Shown here: positions 27,142 to 37,478 of the stretch, piece by piece | Layout of the letters: each line of letters starts with the position of its first letter | How positions within the stretch are numbered: the stretch's first letter is position 1 | From: an uncultured Acidobacteriota bacterium | GTDB taxonomy: Bacteria > Acidobacteriota > Terriglobia > Acidiferrales > UBA7541 | Direction: 5' to 3' | Assembly (NCBI GenBank): GCA_963795005.1 | Contig: CAWCGE010000016.1 | Location: 1,314-65,313, forward strand | Length of the DNA stretch: 64,000 bases | The notes under the pieces: model-generated | What the model saw: only the letters and a program-made list of their open reading frames with translations | What the model was told of the DNA's origin: nothing | Database searches by the model: none | Translations under genes and position numbers: made by a program

Positions 27142-29568
27142 CTAGTGGGCCACTGGGGTTGCTTCTACGACGGGTCGGAACGCAAGACCTTCGCTCCCGA
27201 GATAAATTTCGAGAGTGGCGGGGCGTTGCAATCCTCCCTGTATCAAAGCTTCCGACAATGGGTCTTCGACGTACTTCTGTAACGCGCGCCGGAGCGGCCG
27301 CGCGCCATAATTTCGATCGCTGCAGGTCTTCTCGAGAATCCACTGGCGCGCTTCAGGCGTGAGTGCAATTTGCACCTGGCGATGCACCAGCGTTTCGTTG
27401 ATCTGGCCCACGAGCAAGTCAATAATCCGCAGTAGGTCGTCGTCGGTGAGTGAATTGAACAGAATCACTTCGTCCAGACGATTGAGGAATTCGGGATTGA
27501 ATACCCGCTTTACCTCGCTCATCACCATGTCATCCTGGCTCTTGGCCATCGCATCCAGTTCCTTCGACGCGAAACCCAGGCCGCTCTGCTTCTGCAATTG
27601 CCGCGCGCCCAGATTCGACGTGAGGATGATAATGGTGTTGCGGAAATCCACCGTGTTGCCGAGCCCGTCCGTCAACTGCCCATCTTCAAAGACTTGCAGC
27701 AGGATGTTGTACACGTCTGGGTGAGCTTTTTCAATCTCATCCAGCAAAATTACGGAATAGGGCGTGCGCCGCACGCGTTCCGTCAATTGACCACCTTCTT
27801 CATACCCAACGTATCCTGGGGGCGCGCCGATCAGTTTCGACACGGAATGTTTCTCCATGTACTCGGACATGTCGAAGCGGATCAACGATTTTTCGCTGCC
27901 GAAGAGGAACTCGGCCAGGCGCCGCGCAACTTCCGTTTTGCCCACGCCCGTGGGACCGAGGAATAGGAAACAACCCACTGGGCGTCCCGGAGCCTTCAAA
28001 CCCGCGCGGCTGCGGCGAATCGCGCGTGCCAGCGCCGTGATCGCTTTGTCCTGGCTGATGACGCGGCGATGCAGTTCTTCTTCGATACGTAGCAATTTCT
28101 GTTGCTCGTCTTCCTTGATGGCGGATACCTGAATGCCCGTCCAACGAGCCACCACTTCTTCGATATCTTCGCGGGTAACGACGCCGGTAGAAGAATCGTC
28201 AATCTTCAACTTTTCGCGAAGCAGGCGCAGGTGTTCCTTCTCTTTGCGCTCTTCTTCGGAATAGAAACGCGCCTTCTCGAATTCATGATTGGCGATGGCC
28301 GTTTCCATGCGGTGGGTGATGAACTTCACGCGCTTCTGCACTTCGGAAACCTCGTCGGGTAGCATCGCCTGGCGCAGCTTCACGCGCGAGCCGGCCTCGT
28401 CAAGCAGGTCAATCGCCTTGTCCGGAAGGAAACGGTCGGGAATATAGCGGTTCGATAGATACACCGCGTACTGGATGGCTTCGTCGGTGTAGCTGACCGC
28501 ATGAAACTTTTCGTAGCGGTCGCGCACTCCTTGCAGCACGCGAATCGCCTCTTCCTCATTCGGAGCGGAAACCTTCACGGCCTGGAAGCGCCGCTCGAGC
28601 GAACGGTCCTTTTCCACGGATTTGCGATATTCGCCGGGCGTGGTTGCCCCAATGCACTGGATTTCACCGCGGCTCAGTGCGGGCTTCAATATATTCGCTG
28701 CGTCCAGGGAACCTTCCGCCGAACCTGCGCCCACCAGCGTGTGCAGCTCATCAATGAAGACGATGGCATTCTGGCTTTCCATCAGCTCCTTCATGATGGT
28801 CTTCAGCCGCTCTTCGAACTGACCGCGATATTTCGTGCCGGCAACAATCAGAGAGAGATCGAGCGACAAGATTCGTTTGTCAGCAAGAAACGGAGGCACG
28901 TCGCCATCGGAAATCCGCTGCGCCAGCCCTTCGACAATCGCCGTCTTGCCGACGCCGGGCTCACCAATCAACACAGGGTTATTCTTCGTGCGGCGGCACA
29001 AGATCTGAATCGCGCGCTCGAGCTCGCGATCTCGTCCCACCAGCGGATCGAGCTGGCCTTCCATCGCCGCCTGCGTCAAATCACGGCTGAATTCCGCCAA
29101 CAGCGAAGCTTCTTTTGGCCGGTTCACTGGCACCTTCTCTCCCGCGCTGCGTCCCAACTCCTCGCGCACGGTTGAAAGCCGTAATCCCCGCTCCAACAAA
29201 ATTTCCGCGCCGAAGGATTTCTCCTCGCGCAGCACACCTAATAATAGATGCTCCGTCCCCACGTGCTTGTGGCCCAGGCGTTCGGCTTCCTCGGCCGCGA
29301 AATTCAGGATACGTTTGCATTCCTGGCTGAGCGGGACCTCCACCGAGGTCGAGATGCGCTCGCGAACCGTGATGCGCGCCTCGATTTCCTTACGGATGGA
29401 TTCGATCGAGCCGTGCGAACGCAAGAAACGGTTGGCCAGCGCCTTGTCTTCGCGCAACAACCCGAGCAGCAAATGCTCCGTCTCGATGTACGGGCTGCCG
29501 TACTGGCTGGCCTCATACCGGGCGAAAAAAATCACGCGCCTAGCTTTTTCTGTATAGCGTTCAAACAC
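27142..29568 (-). CDS. clpC: ATP-dependent Clp protease ATP-binding subunit (ClpC-like, two AAA+ modules)
   Basis: The Clp_N repeats begin [24 protein letters not shown]. Walker A motifs are GEPGVGKTA and [13 protein letters not shown]-like motif is [16 protein letters not shown]. Confidence 0.9.
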   Translation of the reverse strand: MFERYTEKARRVIFFARYEASQYGSPYIETEHLLLGLLREDKALANRFLRSHGSIESIRKEIEARITVRERISTSVEVPLSQECKRILNFAAEEAERLGHKHVGTEHLLLGVLREEKSFGAEILLERGLRLSTVREELGRSAGEKVPVNRPKEASLLAEFSRDLTQAAMEGQLDPLVGRDRELERAIQILCRRTKNNPVLIGEPGVGKTAIVEGLAQRISDGDVPPFLADKRILSLDLSLIVAGTKYRGQFEERLKTIMKELMESQNAIVFIDELHTLVGAGSAEGSLDAANILKPALSRGEIQCIGATTPGEYRKSVEKDRSLERRFQAVKVSAPNEEEAIRVLQGVRDRYEKFHAVSYTDEAIQYAVYLSNRYIPDRFLPDKAIDLLDEAGSRVKLRQAMLPDEVSEVQKRVKFITHRMETAIANHEFEKARFYSEEERKEKEHLRLLREKLKIDDSSTGVVTREDIEEVVARWTGIQVSAIKEDEQQKLLRIEEELHRRVISQDKAITALARAIRRSRAGLKAPGRPVGCFLFLGPTGVGKTEVARRLAEFLFGSEKSLIRFDMSEYMEKHSVSKLIGAPPGYVGYEEGGQLTERVRRTPYSVILLDEIEKAHPDVYNILLQVFEDGQLTDGLGNTVDFRNTIIILTSNLGARQLQKQSGLGFASKELDAMAKSQDDMVMSEVKRVFNPEFLNRLDEVILFNSLTDDDLLRIIDLLVGQINETLVHRQVQIALTPEARQWILEKTCSDRNYGARPLRRALQKYVEDPLSEALIQGGLQRPATLEIYLGSEGLAFRPVVEATPVAH

Positions 29569-29571
29569 GGG

Positions 29572-30393
29572 TCACCCACGCTCCCCCGGAGTCTGCGCCC
29601 CAGCACTCGCTGTCTGCGGGAGAGGAACCGTCGAACCTGCGAGCGCTTCTGCACCCGAACCTAGCTTGCCATGTTCCAGAGTCAGAACGCGGTGGGCGCG
29701 GCGGGCGATTGAAATGTTGTGTGTTGCAAGAATAGAAGTCAGCTGATGAGTCTTGTGCAGATGCTGCATGAGCTCGAAAACGTTTTCCGCGCTGCGTTCG
29801 TCCAAGTCGCCGGTAGGTTCGTCCGCCAGCAACAATTGCGGGCCATTCACCAGAGCTCGCGCGATGGCCACACGCTGTTGTTCGCCGCCGGATAATTGAC
29901 CCCCGCGCTGCTCCGCTCGATCGGCCAATCCAACCTCGCCTAACCAGTTTGCCGCGGTGCGCAGTGCCTCTCCCAAAGAGGTCCCCCGAATCAGCAGAGG
30001 CATGGCCACATTTTCCGCAGCCGTGAAGTCGGGCAGAAGATGATGTCGCTGCCAGACAAAACCCACCGCGCGATTGCGATACTCCGCTAATTCCGCTTCC
30101 GCAAGCGACTCGAGCGAATTCTCGCCGAAGTATACTGTACCGCTCGTTGGAGTGTCCAGCGCAGCCAGCAGGTGCAGCAGCGTGCTTTTGCCGGCGCCGG
30201 ACGGCCCGACAATGGCGACCATTTCGCCGCGCGCAATCGAAAAATCCACTCCGTCGAGCGGCGTAACCTGCTGGCCTCCGGAGCGGAAGGTCTTGCGTAG
30301 ACCCGCGCCCCGCAGGATTTCCGCGGCGCTGGACGCGACCCCCTCGCCAGCATCTTCCAGGACTGCAACGCTCGAATTGGACTGTGTGCGCAT
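29572..30393 (-). CDS. lolD: Lipoprotein-releasing system ATP-binding protein (LolD-like)
   Basis: The protein contains [38 protein letters not shown] and [12 protein letters not shown]. It lies downstream of a LolC/E-type permease. Confidence 0.8.
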   Translation of the reverse strand: MRTQSNSSVAVLEDAGEGVASSAAEILRGAGLRKTFRSGGQQVTPLDGVDFSIARGEMVAIVGPSGAGKSTLLHLLAALDTPTSGTVYFGENSLESLAEAELAEYRNRAVGFVWQRHHLLPDFTAAENVAMPLLIRGTSLGEALRTAANWLGEVGLADRAEQRGGQLSGGEQQRVAIARALVNGPQLLLADEPTGDLDERSAENVFELMQHLHKTHQLTSILATHNISIARRAHRVLTLEHGKLGSGAEALAGSTVPLPQTASAGAQTPGERG

Positions 30394-30667
30394 CCCTAGG
30401 GACTGGTCTCTTTCACGTTAGATGCCGAACCTGCCCTATCAGTATGTCCTTCCTTTACAAACAACTATGTATTCCCGGAACGAAGCCGCTCATCAGCAAA
30501 TCCAAAGAATTTCTCATTATTGCCGTACCGTTACCTCTAGCAACTCCTTTGCTTGCAGGAATCGGAAGCTTGGCCACCTCCCCAAGTTCGCTTCTTGTTC
30601 GATTCTAACACGGAGCACGGCGAAATGTTGGCGCGTCCACGGACATTTTCGGCTAGCGGAAGCGATT

Positions 30668-31894
30668 CTATTCGAAGCGGAGAATCTCAACGGGAAGAAC
30701 GCTCGCCGCCGAACGAGCCGGCAAGATCGTCGCCGCGATGCTAATCAGCAGGGCGGCGGCGGCGATCCATACGGCGTCCAGCGCATTCGTGTGGAATGGG
30801 ACGTAGGGAATTGCATACACCTCGGGATTCAACGGGATCAATCGCCAGCGATCCGCTACACCCGCAAATGTGTAACCGATCAGCAGGCCCGCGAGGGTGC
30901 CAGCAATACTCACGACCAATCCTTGCAGAACAAAAATTTTGCGCAGTTGCTGCCGCTGCGCGCCCATGGCCATCAGCACGGCAATGTCGCGCGCGCGATC
31001 GGTCACCGTCATCGTGAGGACGACCAGAATATTCAGCCCGGCCACAAATGTAATCAGCCCTATGAAAAGAGCAGTCACCAATTTCTCCAGACTTAGCGCG
31101 CGAAACAGCGCGCGATTTTCATCCATCCACGTTGAAGTCGTGAACCCGCTCCCCGCGCGCTTCAATAGTTCATCGGCGATCGCGCCGGCGTTGTCCATGT
31201 GCGTTACTCGCACCTCGAGCAGACTCACCACATCGCCGATCCCGGAAAGCCCCTGCGCCGCCGGTAAGGTGACGAATCCCCAATTCGCGTCGTAATCGTA
31301 AAACCCGGAGTCGAAAACTCCCGTTACTCGAAAACGCCGCGACCGCGGCAGCATCCCGAAAGGGGTCAAGTTTCCTTGCGGGCTGGTCAGCGTCACATAA
31401 TCGCCCGCGGTTATTTCCAGGTCATTGGCCAAAATCCGGCCCACCAAAACCGCCGGAATCCCGTCCGCGTCCGGCGCGAATTCTCCGTTACCCGCAACCA
31501 GGTGGTGTAGCGCCTCGCTCGCGCGCTGCTCGAGTTCCGGATCAACTCCCTTCAGCACGATTCCCCGCGCGCGGCCGCCGGACGAAAGAAGAACCGTGGC
31601 ATAGATCGCCGGCTCAATTGAGCGCACGCCGGGAGTATCGCTGAGACGAGCCATCCACCCGCGATAGTCGCGGATTCCGTTTGGCCCAATTGGTTTGAGG
31701 TTGACGTGCGCGGTCACGCTGAGCAAGCGATCGCGGATTGCCTGGCGGAATCCGGTGTTCATCGCGAGCGCAATTACCAGCGTGGTGACGCCTGCCGCGA
31801 CTCCTACAACGGCCAGTAGTGTGACGATTCGCAGCACCGCAGGTCGGTTCGGCGACCGCAGATACCGCAGCGCCACCAGCCACTCGAATGTCAT
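30668..31894 (-). CDS. Lipoprotein-releasing system permease (LolC/E family)
   Basis: The protein starts MTFEWLVALRYLRSPNRPAVLRIVTLLAVVGVAAGV and ends in an FtsX C-terminal bundle. An ATGA overlap with the lysS stop sits at 31891-31894. Confidence 0.85.
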   Translation of the reverse strand: MTFEWLVALRYLRSPNRPAVLRIVTLLAVVGVAAGVTTLVIALAMNTGFRQAIRDRLLSVTAHVNLKPIGPNGIRDYRGWMARLSDTPGVRSIEPAIYATVLLSSGGRARGIVLKGVDPELEQRASEALHHLVAGNGEFAPDADGIPAVLVGRILANDLEITAGDYVTLTSPQGNLTPFGMLPRSRRFRVTGVFDSGFYDYDANWGFVTLPAAQGLSGIGDVVSLLEVRVTHMDNAGAIADELLKRAGSGFTTSTWMDENRALFRALSLEKLVTALFIGLITFVAGLNILVVLTMTVTDRARDIAVLMAMGAQRQQLRKIFVLQGLVVSIAGTLAGLLIGYTFAGVADRWRLIPLNPEVYAIPYVPFHTNALDAVWIAAAALLISIAATILPARSAASVLPVEILRFE

Positions 31895-33555
31895 CTTATC
31901 TCGCCGCTCGTGGTGGAATCGCTTTCCGGGGGCTCATCGGATTCCTTGCGCAACAATGGGAAGAGGACGACCTCGCGGATGGCGTGCGAATCGGTCAGCA
32001 ACATCACCAGGCGGTCTATGCCGACTCCTTCGCCGGCGGTCGGCGGCAAACCATGCGAGAGCGCTCGTATGTAATCCATGTCCACTTCTTTCGGCGCTTC
32101 TTGCCCGCCCTTTTCCACTTGCGCGCGGAAGCGGCGTTCCTGGTCGAAGGGATCGTTCAACTCCGAGAAACCATTCGCCAGTTCCATCCCGGCCACAAAG
32201 AGCTCGAAACGCTCGGTCAACGATGGATCATCCGGCTTCTGCTTCGAGAGCGGCGAAATGGCTGTCGGGAAATCGTAGATAAATGTCGGCTGTTGCAAAT
32301 GCCTCTCGGCGATCGCTTCGAACAGTTCCCCGGTCACTTCCCCATCGGAAAGCTTCGGCGCATGGGCGACCGATTCGGCGCCATGTGCCCGCGCATAAAC
32401 ATTGTAGCGTTCGGCTATGGCAGCAGGGCCGCCTTCTGTGCCGAGTTCCGCGGTAGTGGGCGCTGCACCTGCCGCGCTCGGCCAATACTTCACGATCGCT
32501 TCGCGCATCGAAAGCCGTTCGAATCGGCTGAAATCAATTGTTTGTTCGCCAAACTTGATTTGCGTTGTTCCACAAATCTTCTCCGCGAGCCCGCGAAACA
32601 ATTCTTCGGTCATGTCCATCAGCTCAAGGGAATTGCTATAGGCCTGGTAAAACTCCAGCATCGTGAATTCCGGCTGGTGGATTGCGTCAATGCCTTCATT
32701 CCGGAAGTTGCGATTGATCTCATAGACGCGGTCAATTCCGCCCACAACCAGCCGCTTCAAATACAGCTCCGGCGCGATCCGCAGATAAAGGTCCATGTCG
32801 AACGTGTTGTGGTGAGTTACGAAAGGCCGCGCCGTGGCTCCTCCCAGAATGGGATGCATCATTGGCGTTTCCACTTCCACGTATCTGCGCGCATCGAAAA
32901 AATGCCGGATCTCGCGAATAATCTGTGCGCGGCGGATGAAAATTTCGCGTGCTCGTTCGTTCACGATTAAATCGAGGTACCGGCGGCGATAGCGCTGCTC
33001 GATATCCGCAAGCCCGTGCCATTTTTCCGGCAGCGGCAGCAGGGCTTTGCTGAGCAATTCGATTTTTTCCACCTTCACAGTGAGTTCGTTGGTTTTCGTA
33101 CGGAAAAGATGGCCCGCAACTCCGACGATGTCACCCAAATCCAAAAGCTGGAGCAACTTATAGATCTGTTCCCCTACGACATCCTGCCTGACATAGATCT
33201 GCAGTCGCCCGCCATCTCCGGCCATGTGTGCAAAAGCCGCCTTACCATGTGGCCGCAGCGCCACAATCCGGCCCGCCACGCGCACCTCGACCGGATCCAA
33301 GGTCAGTTGCTCTAAGGTTCGCTCTCGGAACTTCTCGACTACTTGCTTCGGCGTATGCGTCCAGGCAAACTTTCTCGGATAGGCCGGGTGGCCGAGCCCT
33401 TCAATTTCGCTCAGCTTCTTCAGTCGCTGTTGAAACTGGTCCAGCGGTTCAAATTCCAATAGGTCAACTTCCTTTCGGCGGCCAGGACCTGGCGGCGGCG
33501 AGGGCCTTACGGAGAGCCGAGCGGCAGTATAGCGGTCGGCTTCCGCGAGCGTCAA
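31891..33555 (-). CDS. lysS: Lysine--tRNA ligase (class II)
   Basis: An OB anticodon-binding domain is present (VRVAGRIVALRPHGKAAFAHMAGDGGRLQIYV). Class II motifs include FRNEGIDAIHQPEFTMLEFY and GVGIDRLVMLL. The N-terminal about 30 aa may be an over-extension. Confidence 0.93.
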   Translation of the reverse strand: MTLAEADRYTAARLSVRPSPPPGPGRRKEVDLLEFEPLDQFQQRLKKLSEIEGLGHPAYPRKFAWTHTPKQVVEKFRERTLEQLTLDPVEVRVAGRIVALRPHGKAAFAHMAGDGGRLQIYVRQDVVGEQIYKLLQLLDLGDIVGVAGHLFRTKTNELTVKVEKIELLSKALLPLPEKWHGLADIEQRYRRRYLDLIVNERAREIFIRRAQIIREIRHFFDARRYVEVETPMMHPILGGATARPFVTHHNTFDMDLYLRIAPELYLKRLVVGGIDRVYEINRNFRNEGIDAIHQPEFTMLEFYQAYSNSLELMDMTEELFRGLAEKICGTTQIKFGEQTIDFSRFERLSMREAIVKYWPSAAGAAPTTAELGTEGGPAAIAERYNVYARAHGAESVAHAPKLSDGEVTGELFEAIAERHLQQPTFIYDFPTAISPLSKQKPDDPSLTERFELFVAGMELANGFSELNDPFDQERRFRAQVEKGGQEAPKEVDMDYIRALSHGLPPTAGEGVGIDRLVMLLTDSHAIREVVLFPLLRKESDEPPESDSTTSGEIR

Positions 33556-33610
33556 GAAAGCCCCCGCGCGAGGAACCGATGGTATAATTCTCGCTCACCT
33601 TGGGGGCAGC

Positions 33611-34327
33611 GTGTTTTTCAAGCGGAAGCCGGGAACTTCCTACTTTCAACGCAGTGTCTCAGACGATTGGATCGCGGCGTTGCCGCGAGAAAAGGCCCAT
33701 GTATTTGACGCGGTAGTCCAACGCTGGGAAGCTTTCTACGCCATGTTGAGCGTTTCGCTCGATGATGCGATTTCCGTGCGCGCCCGTGGTGAATTGGTAT
33801 GCGCGCGGCAATATGTTTCGGTGTCCGCTGATTTGCTGGCGCAACTCGCGGCCGAACTGGTGGGAGCTTGCCGCAGCCTGTCCAACCGGGGACGTCATTT
33901 AAATAACGTCCCGAGAGTAGAGCCTCTCCAAACGGAGTTTTTTCGGGGCGAAACAGCGCAAGCGGCCGCATCGTGGAATGATTTCCTGCATCATGTTCTT
34001 TTCGCGGATCGCTCCAGGTATTTCCAGAAGTTGCGGATCTTGGCGGAAACCTTGGAAACCCTGATCCGCGAGTACGATGCTGCGGCGGAGGACGTAGTCG
34101 CCGGACTTTCGGTTCGGCCGGGCGCCAGTTGGGATGCGCTCGAATGCCTGCACTATGATTTCACTACGTGCCTGCGTGAGTCGGAAGTCCTCTTGAAATC
34201 ATTTTTACGCGCATTGCCGTCCGAGCAGGTTACTGCTTTCGCCGCTGAGCTTTCAGATGCGCCGCCGGTGGAGCGGTTGCGTGCGAAATCCAGCAGTCGA
34301 ACGCGCGCCTTGCGCGCGTCGGCGTAG
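33611..34327 (+). CDS. Hypothetical protein
   Basis: This 238-aa ORF is the only long frame here and has plausible composition. I recognise no family signature. Confidence 0.5.
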   Translation: MFFKRKPGTSYFQRSVSDDWIAALPREKAHVFDAVVQRWEAFYAMLSVSLDDAISVRARGELVCARQYVSVSADLLAQLAAELVGACRSLSNRGRHLNNVPRVEPLQTEFFRGETAQAAASWNDFLHHVLFADRSRYFQKLRILAETLETLIREYDAAAEDVVAGLSVRPGASWDALECLHYDFTTCLRESEVLLKSFLRALPSEQVTAFAAELSDAPPVERLRAKSSSRTRALRASA

Positions 34328-34672
34328 CCGCTCCCAATATTGGTAGACTTGGTCCGCCACTTCGGAACCACATTCCTCCCAAGTTGGTTTAGCCTAATAA
34401 CTCCCGCTGATTCTTCGCGATTGGCGGCCGTCGGCAAGCGAGAGCAAAACGAACACAATGGACCTTGGTGGCGAATCTAACGAGAATACCGCAGGCTTTG
34501 GGTGCCGCTCCTGGATCAAAAAGGGCTGAGTGATTCCCCTGATCAGCGTTTAGCCCGGCAGACCGGCCCCCTAGCGTATTAGTTTCATCGGTAGCACACT
34601 TGGGTAGCACAATAAGTACAACTCATGGAGCGGCGGACGCATCGCAGCTAAGGACGCGTCCCAACGGGTAGC

Positions 34673-35317
34673 GTGGCCCGAACGAGACGAATCGAAACTG
34701 GGGAGATGCCGGAGGCGGATGCGATCCGGCTCGCCCAGCAGGGCGATGCAGCGGCCTTTGAGCGACTCTACCGGCTTCATAACCGACGTGTATATTCTCT
34801 ATGCCTGCGAATGGTCGGTAACACGGCTGAGGCGGAGGATCTTACTCAGGAAGCGTTTCTGCAACTCTTCCGCAAGATTGCCACGTTCCGCGGAGAGTCG
34901 GCGTTTTCGACCTGGCTGCACCGTCTGGCAGTAAATGTCGTGCTGATGAAGTTGCGCAAGAAATCCGGCACGGAGAGTTCACTGGAAGAAATTACCGAGC
35001 CCGATGAGGAATCGGGAGGGCCGCGACGAGACTTTGGCGGACCGGATTTGCGGCTCAGCGGTTCGATTGACCGGGTGAACCTGCAGCGCGCTGTCGAGCA
35101 ACTGCCGCCGGGTTACAAGTCGGTGTTCGTCCTGCACGATGTGCAGGGTTATGAGCACAACGAGATTGCGGAAATCATGGGCTGCTCGATCGGCAATTCG
35201 AAATCGCAATTACACAAGGCGCGCATGCGGCTTCGCGAGTTGCTTCACGAAGCGCTCCGTGCCAAGGCCCGCGAAGATCGCAAAGCTGCCAGCGCCGAAG
35301 CTGGCGGCGAGGACTGA
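34673..35317 (+). CDS. ECF-type RNA polymerase sigma factor (module 1)
   Basis: The start codon is GTG. Region 2 reads [63 protein letters not shown]. Region 4 reads [39 protein letters not shown]. Confidence 0.9.
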   Translation: MARTRRIETGEMPEADAIRLAQQGDAAAFERLYRLHNRRVYSLCLRMVGNTAEAEDLTQEAFLQLFRKIATFRGESAFSTWLHRLAVNVVLMKLRKKSGTESSLEEITEPDEESGGPRRDFGGPDLRLSGSIDRVNLQRAVEQLPPGYKSVFVLHDVQGYEHNEIAEIMGCSIGNSKSQLHKARMRLRELLHEALRAKAREDRKAASAEAGGED

Positions 35318-35322
35318 ACGAA

Positions 35323-36009
35323 ATGGCCATCACCAAGTGCGAGCGGTTTCTCGATCATCTCGAGCCCTGGATGGAAGGTGAGCGGCGCGCCGACATCCAG
35401 GCTCACTTTCGTAACTGTCCTCAGTGCCAAGCAATCCTAAACGATCTGGAGGCTATCCGCGCAGAGGCCCGCACTTGGAGCGCCTCAGAGACAGAAGCGC
35501 CCGAACACGTTTGGGTGTCGTTGCGCGAACAACTTGAACAGGAAGGCCTGATCCGGGATGCGGATGCGCATTCACCTTCGCGCGAGCGTGGGCGGGTAGC
35601 GGCAAGCCGAGGCTGGCTACGTGGTTTATTCGGCGGAATACCCCGCCCGGTACTCGCCGGCGGATACCTCGCCGCGTTAATAGCCGTCGCGTTTGCTCTG
35701 AGCGGTCCCATCCATAAGAAGGTGAACGAAGCAAAATGGCTCGAAGGCACGCGAATTGCTACCTCACCCCTGAGAGCGCAACTGAACAGCGCCGAACAAA
35801 ACTCGATTTCTTTTGCCAATTCGAATTCGGATGTTTCGGCTTCCTTACATCAGAACCTCGCCATCGTTGACAACTACATCGCTTTGTGTGAAAAAAGCGT
35901 ACGCGAAGAACCCCAGAACGAACTAGCACGGGATTACCTCTATGAAGCGTACCGGCAAAAAGCGGACTTGCTGGCGCAGATGAGCGAACGCGGAGAAAAC
36001 GTCCAATGA
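35323..36009 (+). CDS. zf-HC2 anti-sigma factor (module 1)
   Basis: The protein contains CERFLDHLEPWMEGE...AHFRNCPQCQAILNDL (the H-x3-C-x2-C motif) and one central TM helix (VLAGGYLAALIAVAFAL). Confidence 0.8.
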   Translation: MAITKCERFLDHLEPWMEGERRADIQAHFRNCPQCQAILNDLEAIRAEARTWSASETEAPEHVWVSLREQLEQEGLIRDADAHSPSRERGRVAASRGWLRGLFGGIPRPVLAGGYLAALIAVAFALSGPIHKKVNEAKWLEGTRIATSPLRAQLNSAEQNSISFANSNSDVSASLHQNLAIVDNYIALCEKSVREEPQNELARDYLYEAYRQKADLLAQMSERGENVQ

Positions 36010-36896
36010 GCACTCGTTCCTTTGTTCCCGTGCGATGGAATCTCCAGATAACTCGCAAAGCCGCCGGACTGCTGGCGGCCGGCCTTCTTTTCAGCGCCGC
36101 CCTCTTCGCTTCCCCACACCGCCAGGAACAGCACTTTACAGTGGACGCGCGTCCGGTAATCACCATTCACAATCCGAACGGCCTGATTACCGTGAAAGCC
36201 TGGACCAAGTCCGAGGTGATGGTGATTTCCACCCTCGCCAGCGACCAAGTCGCCGTGGACGCCGAGCAAATGGGTAATCGCGTGGAAGTTTCGACGCACG
36301 GCCTCTCAGAATCAGTCAGCCCCGATGATCTGCGCGCTGATTTCCAGATCAACGTTCCCGAAGACGCTGAATTGCAGATTCACAATGACTCTGGCAGCGT
36401 CAACGTATCGAACGTGATGGGCGATATGAACGTCGAGACCGTAGCTGCCGGCGTGGACCTAGAGGACGCCGCAGGCTATTTGACCGTCAAGACGGTGGGC
36501 GGTTCCTTCCAGTGTATCCGCTGCGCGGGCCGCATCGAAGTGTCGTCCATCAGCGGCAACTTCAGGCTCATTGATTTGCGCAGCTACCACGTCTGGGCGC
36601 AGACTTCGACTGGCAACATTCTTTTCAACGGCGAGTTTCTCCCCAATGGAACCTATTCCCTCAAAAATTACAGCGGCGTGATTGAAGTTCGCTTCGCTCC
36701 CGGCGATTCTTTCGACATGAGCGCCACTTCGCTGAAGGGAAAAGTGAATAACGAAGCAAAACTGACGCCTCCGGCCCACCAGCATCACTTCGTGCCCAAA
36801 TGGGGCAATGCGCTGTTTGGCACTTTCAATCAAGGACGCGCGAAGGTTGAGCTGACCTCCTTCGATGGTACAATCAACATTCTAAAACGTGATTGA
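36006..36896 (+). CDS. DUF4097-family beta-strand repeat protein (module 1)
   Basis: Its start overlaps the anti-sigma stop by 4 nt. A signal/TM segment is present, and recurring G.(V/I).(V/I) strand repeats occur (GDMNVETVAAGVDLEDAAGYLTVKTVGGSFQCIRCAGRIEVSSISGNFRLIDL). Confidence 0.7.
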   Translation: MSTRSFVPVRWNLQITRKAAGLLAAGLLFSAALFASPHRQEQHFTVDARPVITIHNPNGLITVKAWTKSEVMVISTLASDQVAVDAEQMGNRVEVSTHGLSESVSPDDLRADFQINVPEDAELQIHNDSGSVNVSNVMGDMNVETVAAGVDLEDAAGYLTVKTVGGSFQCIRCAGRIEVSSISGNFRLIDLRSYHVWAQTSTGNILFNGEFLPNGTYSLKNYSGVIEVRFAPGDSFDMSATSLKGKVNNEAKLTPPAHQHHFVPKWGNALFGTFNQGRAKVELTSFDGTINILKRD

Positions 36897-36932
36897 TTCA
36901 TCCATCTCACCACCGAACACGCAATAACACCG

Positions 36933-37478
36933 ATGACGAATGAAATCCGCACTCGCACGCTCGTCTGCTTGACGGGATTCATGGGCAGTGGCAAATCTAC
37001 CGTCGCCCGCCTGCTAGGACGTCAGATCGGCTGGCAGCACGTGGATCTCGATAAACGCATCCAGGAAGCGGCTGACCAGAGCATCCCCGAAATATTCGCC
37101 AAGCGCGGCGAAGCGGAATTCCGCATCATCGAACACGAACAACTCACTCGAATCCTGGGTGAGGCCGTCGAACAGCAAAAACCTCGTGTCGTATCGCTCG
37201 GTGGCGGCACCACGGCACAACCGCAAAATCTAGCGTTGCTCCGTCAGGCCAGCGCGGTCTTGATCTGGCTGCACTGCCCTGTCGAGGACTTGCTCAAACG
37301 CATCGCACACATTCAAGACCGCCCGCTTTTTCGAGACGAAGTGAGCTTCCGAAAGCTGTATCAGGAGCGTTTGCCGTTTTACGAATTGGCGGATTACCGC
37401 GTCGAATCCAATATCGAGCCCCTGCGCGTGGCGGAGCAGATTGTTGCGTTGGGCATTTTTCCGAAGGTGACCGCATGA
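36933..37478 (+). CDS. aroK: Shikimate kinase
   Basis: The protein contains LTGFMGSGKSTVARLLGRQIGWQHVDLDKRIQEAADQSIPEIFAKRGEAEFRIIEHEQL. Confidence 0.9.
   Translation: MTNEIRTRTLVCLTGFMGSGKSTVARLLGRQIGWQHVDLDKRIQEAADQSIPEIFAKRGEAEFRIIEHEQLTRILGEAVEQQKPRVVSLGGGTTAQPQNLALLRQASAVLIWLHCPVEDLLKRIAHIQDRPLFRDEVSFRKLYQERLPFYELADYRVESNIEPLRVAEQIVALGIFPKVTA

Noticed and set aside
30560-30615. tRNA-like words (GGGGAGGTGGCCAAGC on the minus strand, GTTCGATTC on the plus strand) in the lolE-lolD spacer
   Set aside because: The two words are on opposite strands. No acceptor, D, anticodon or T stems can be paired around either word.
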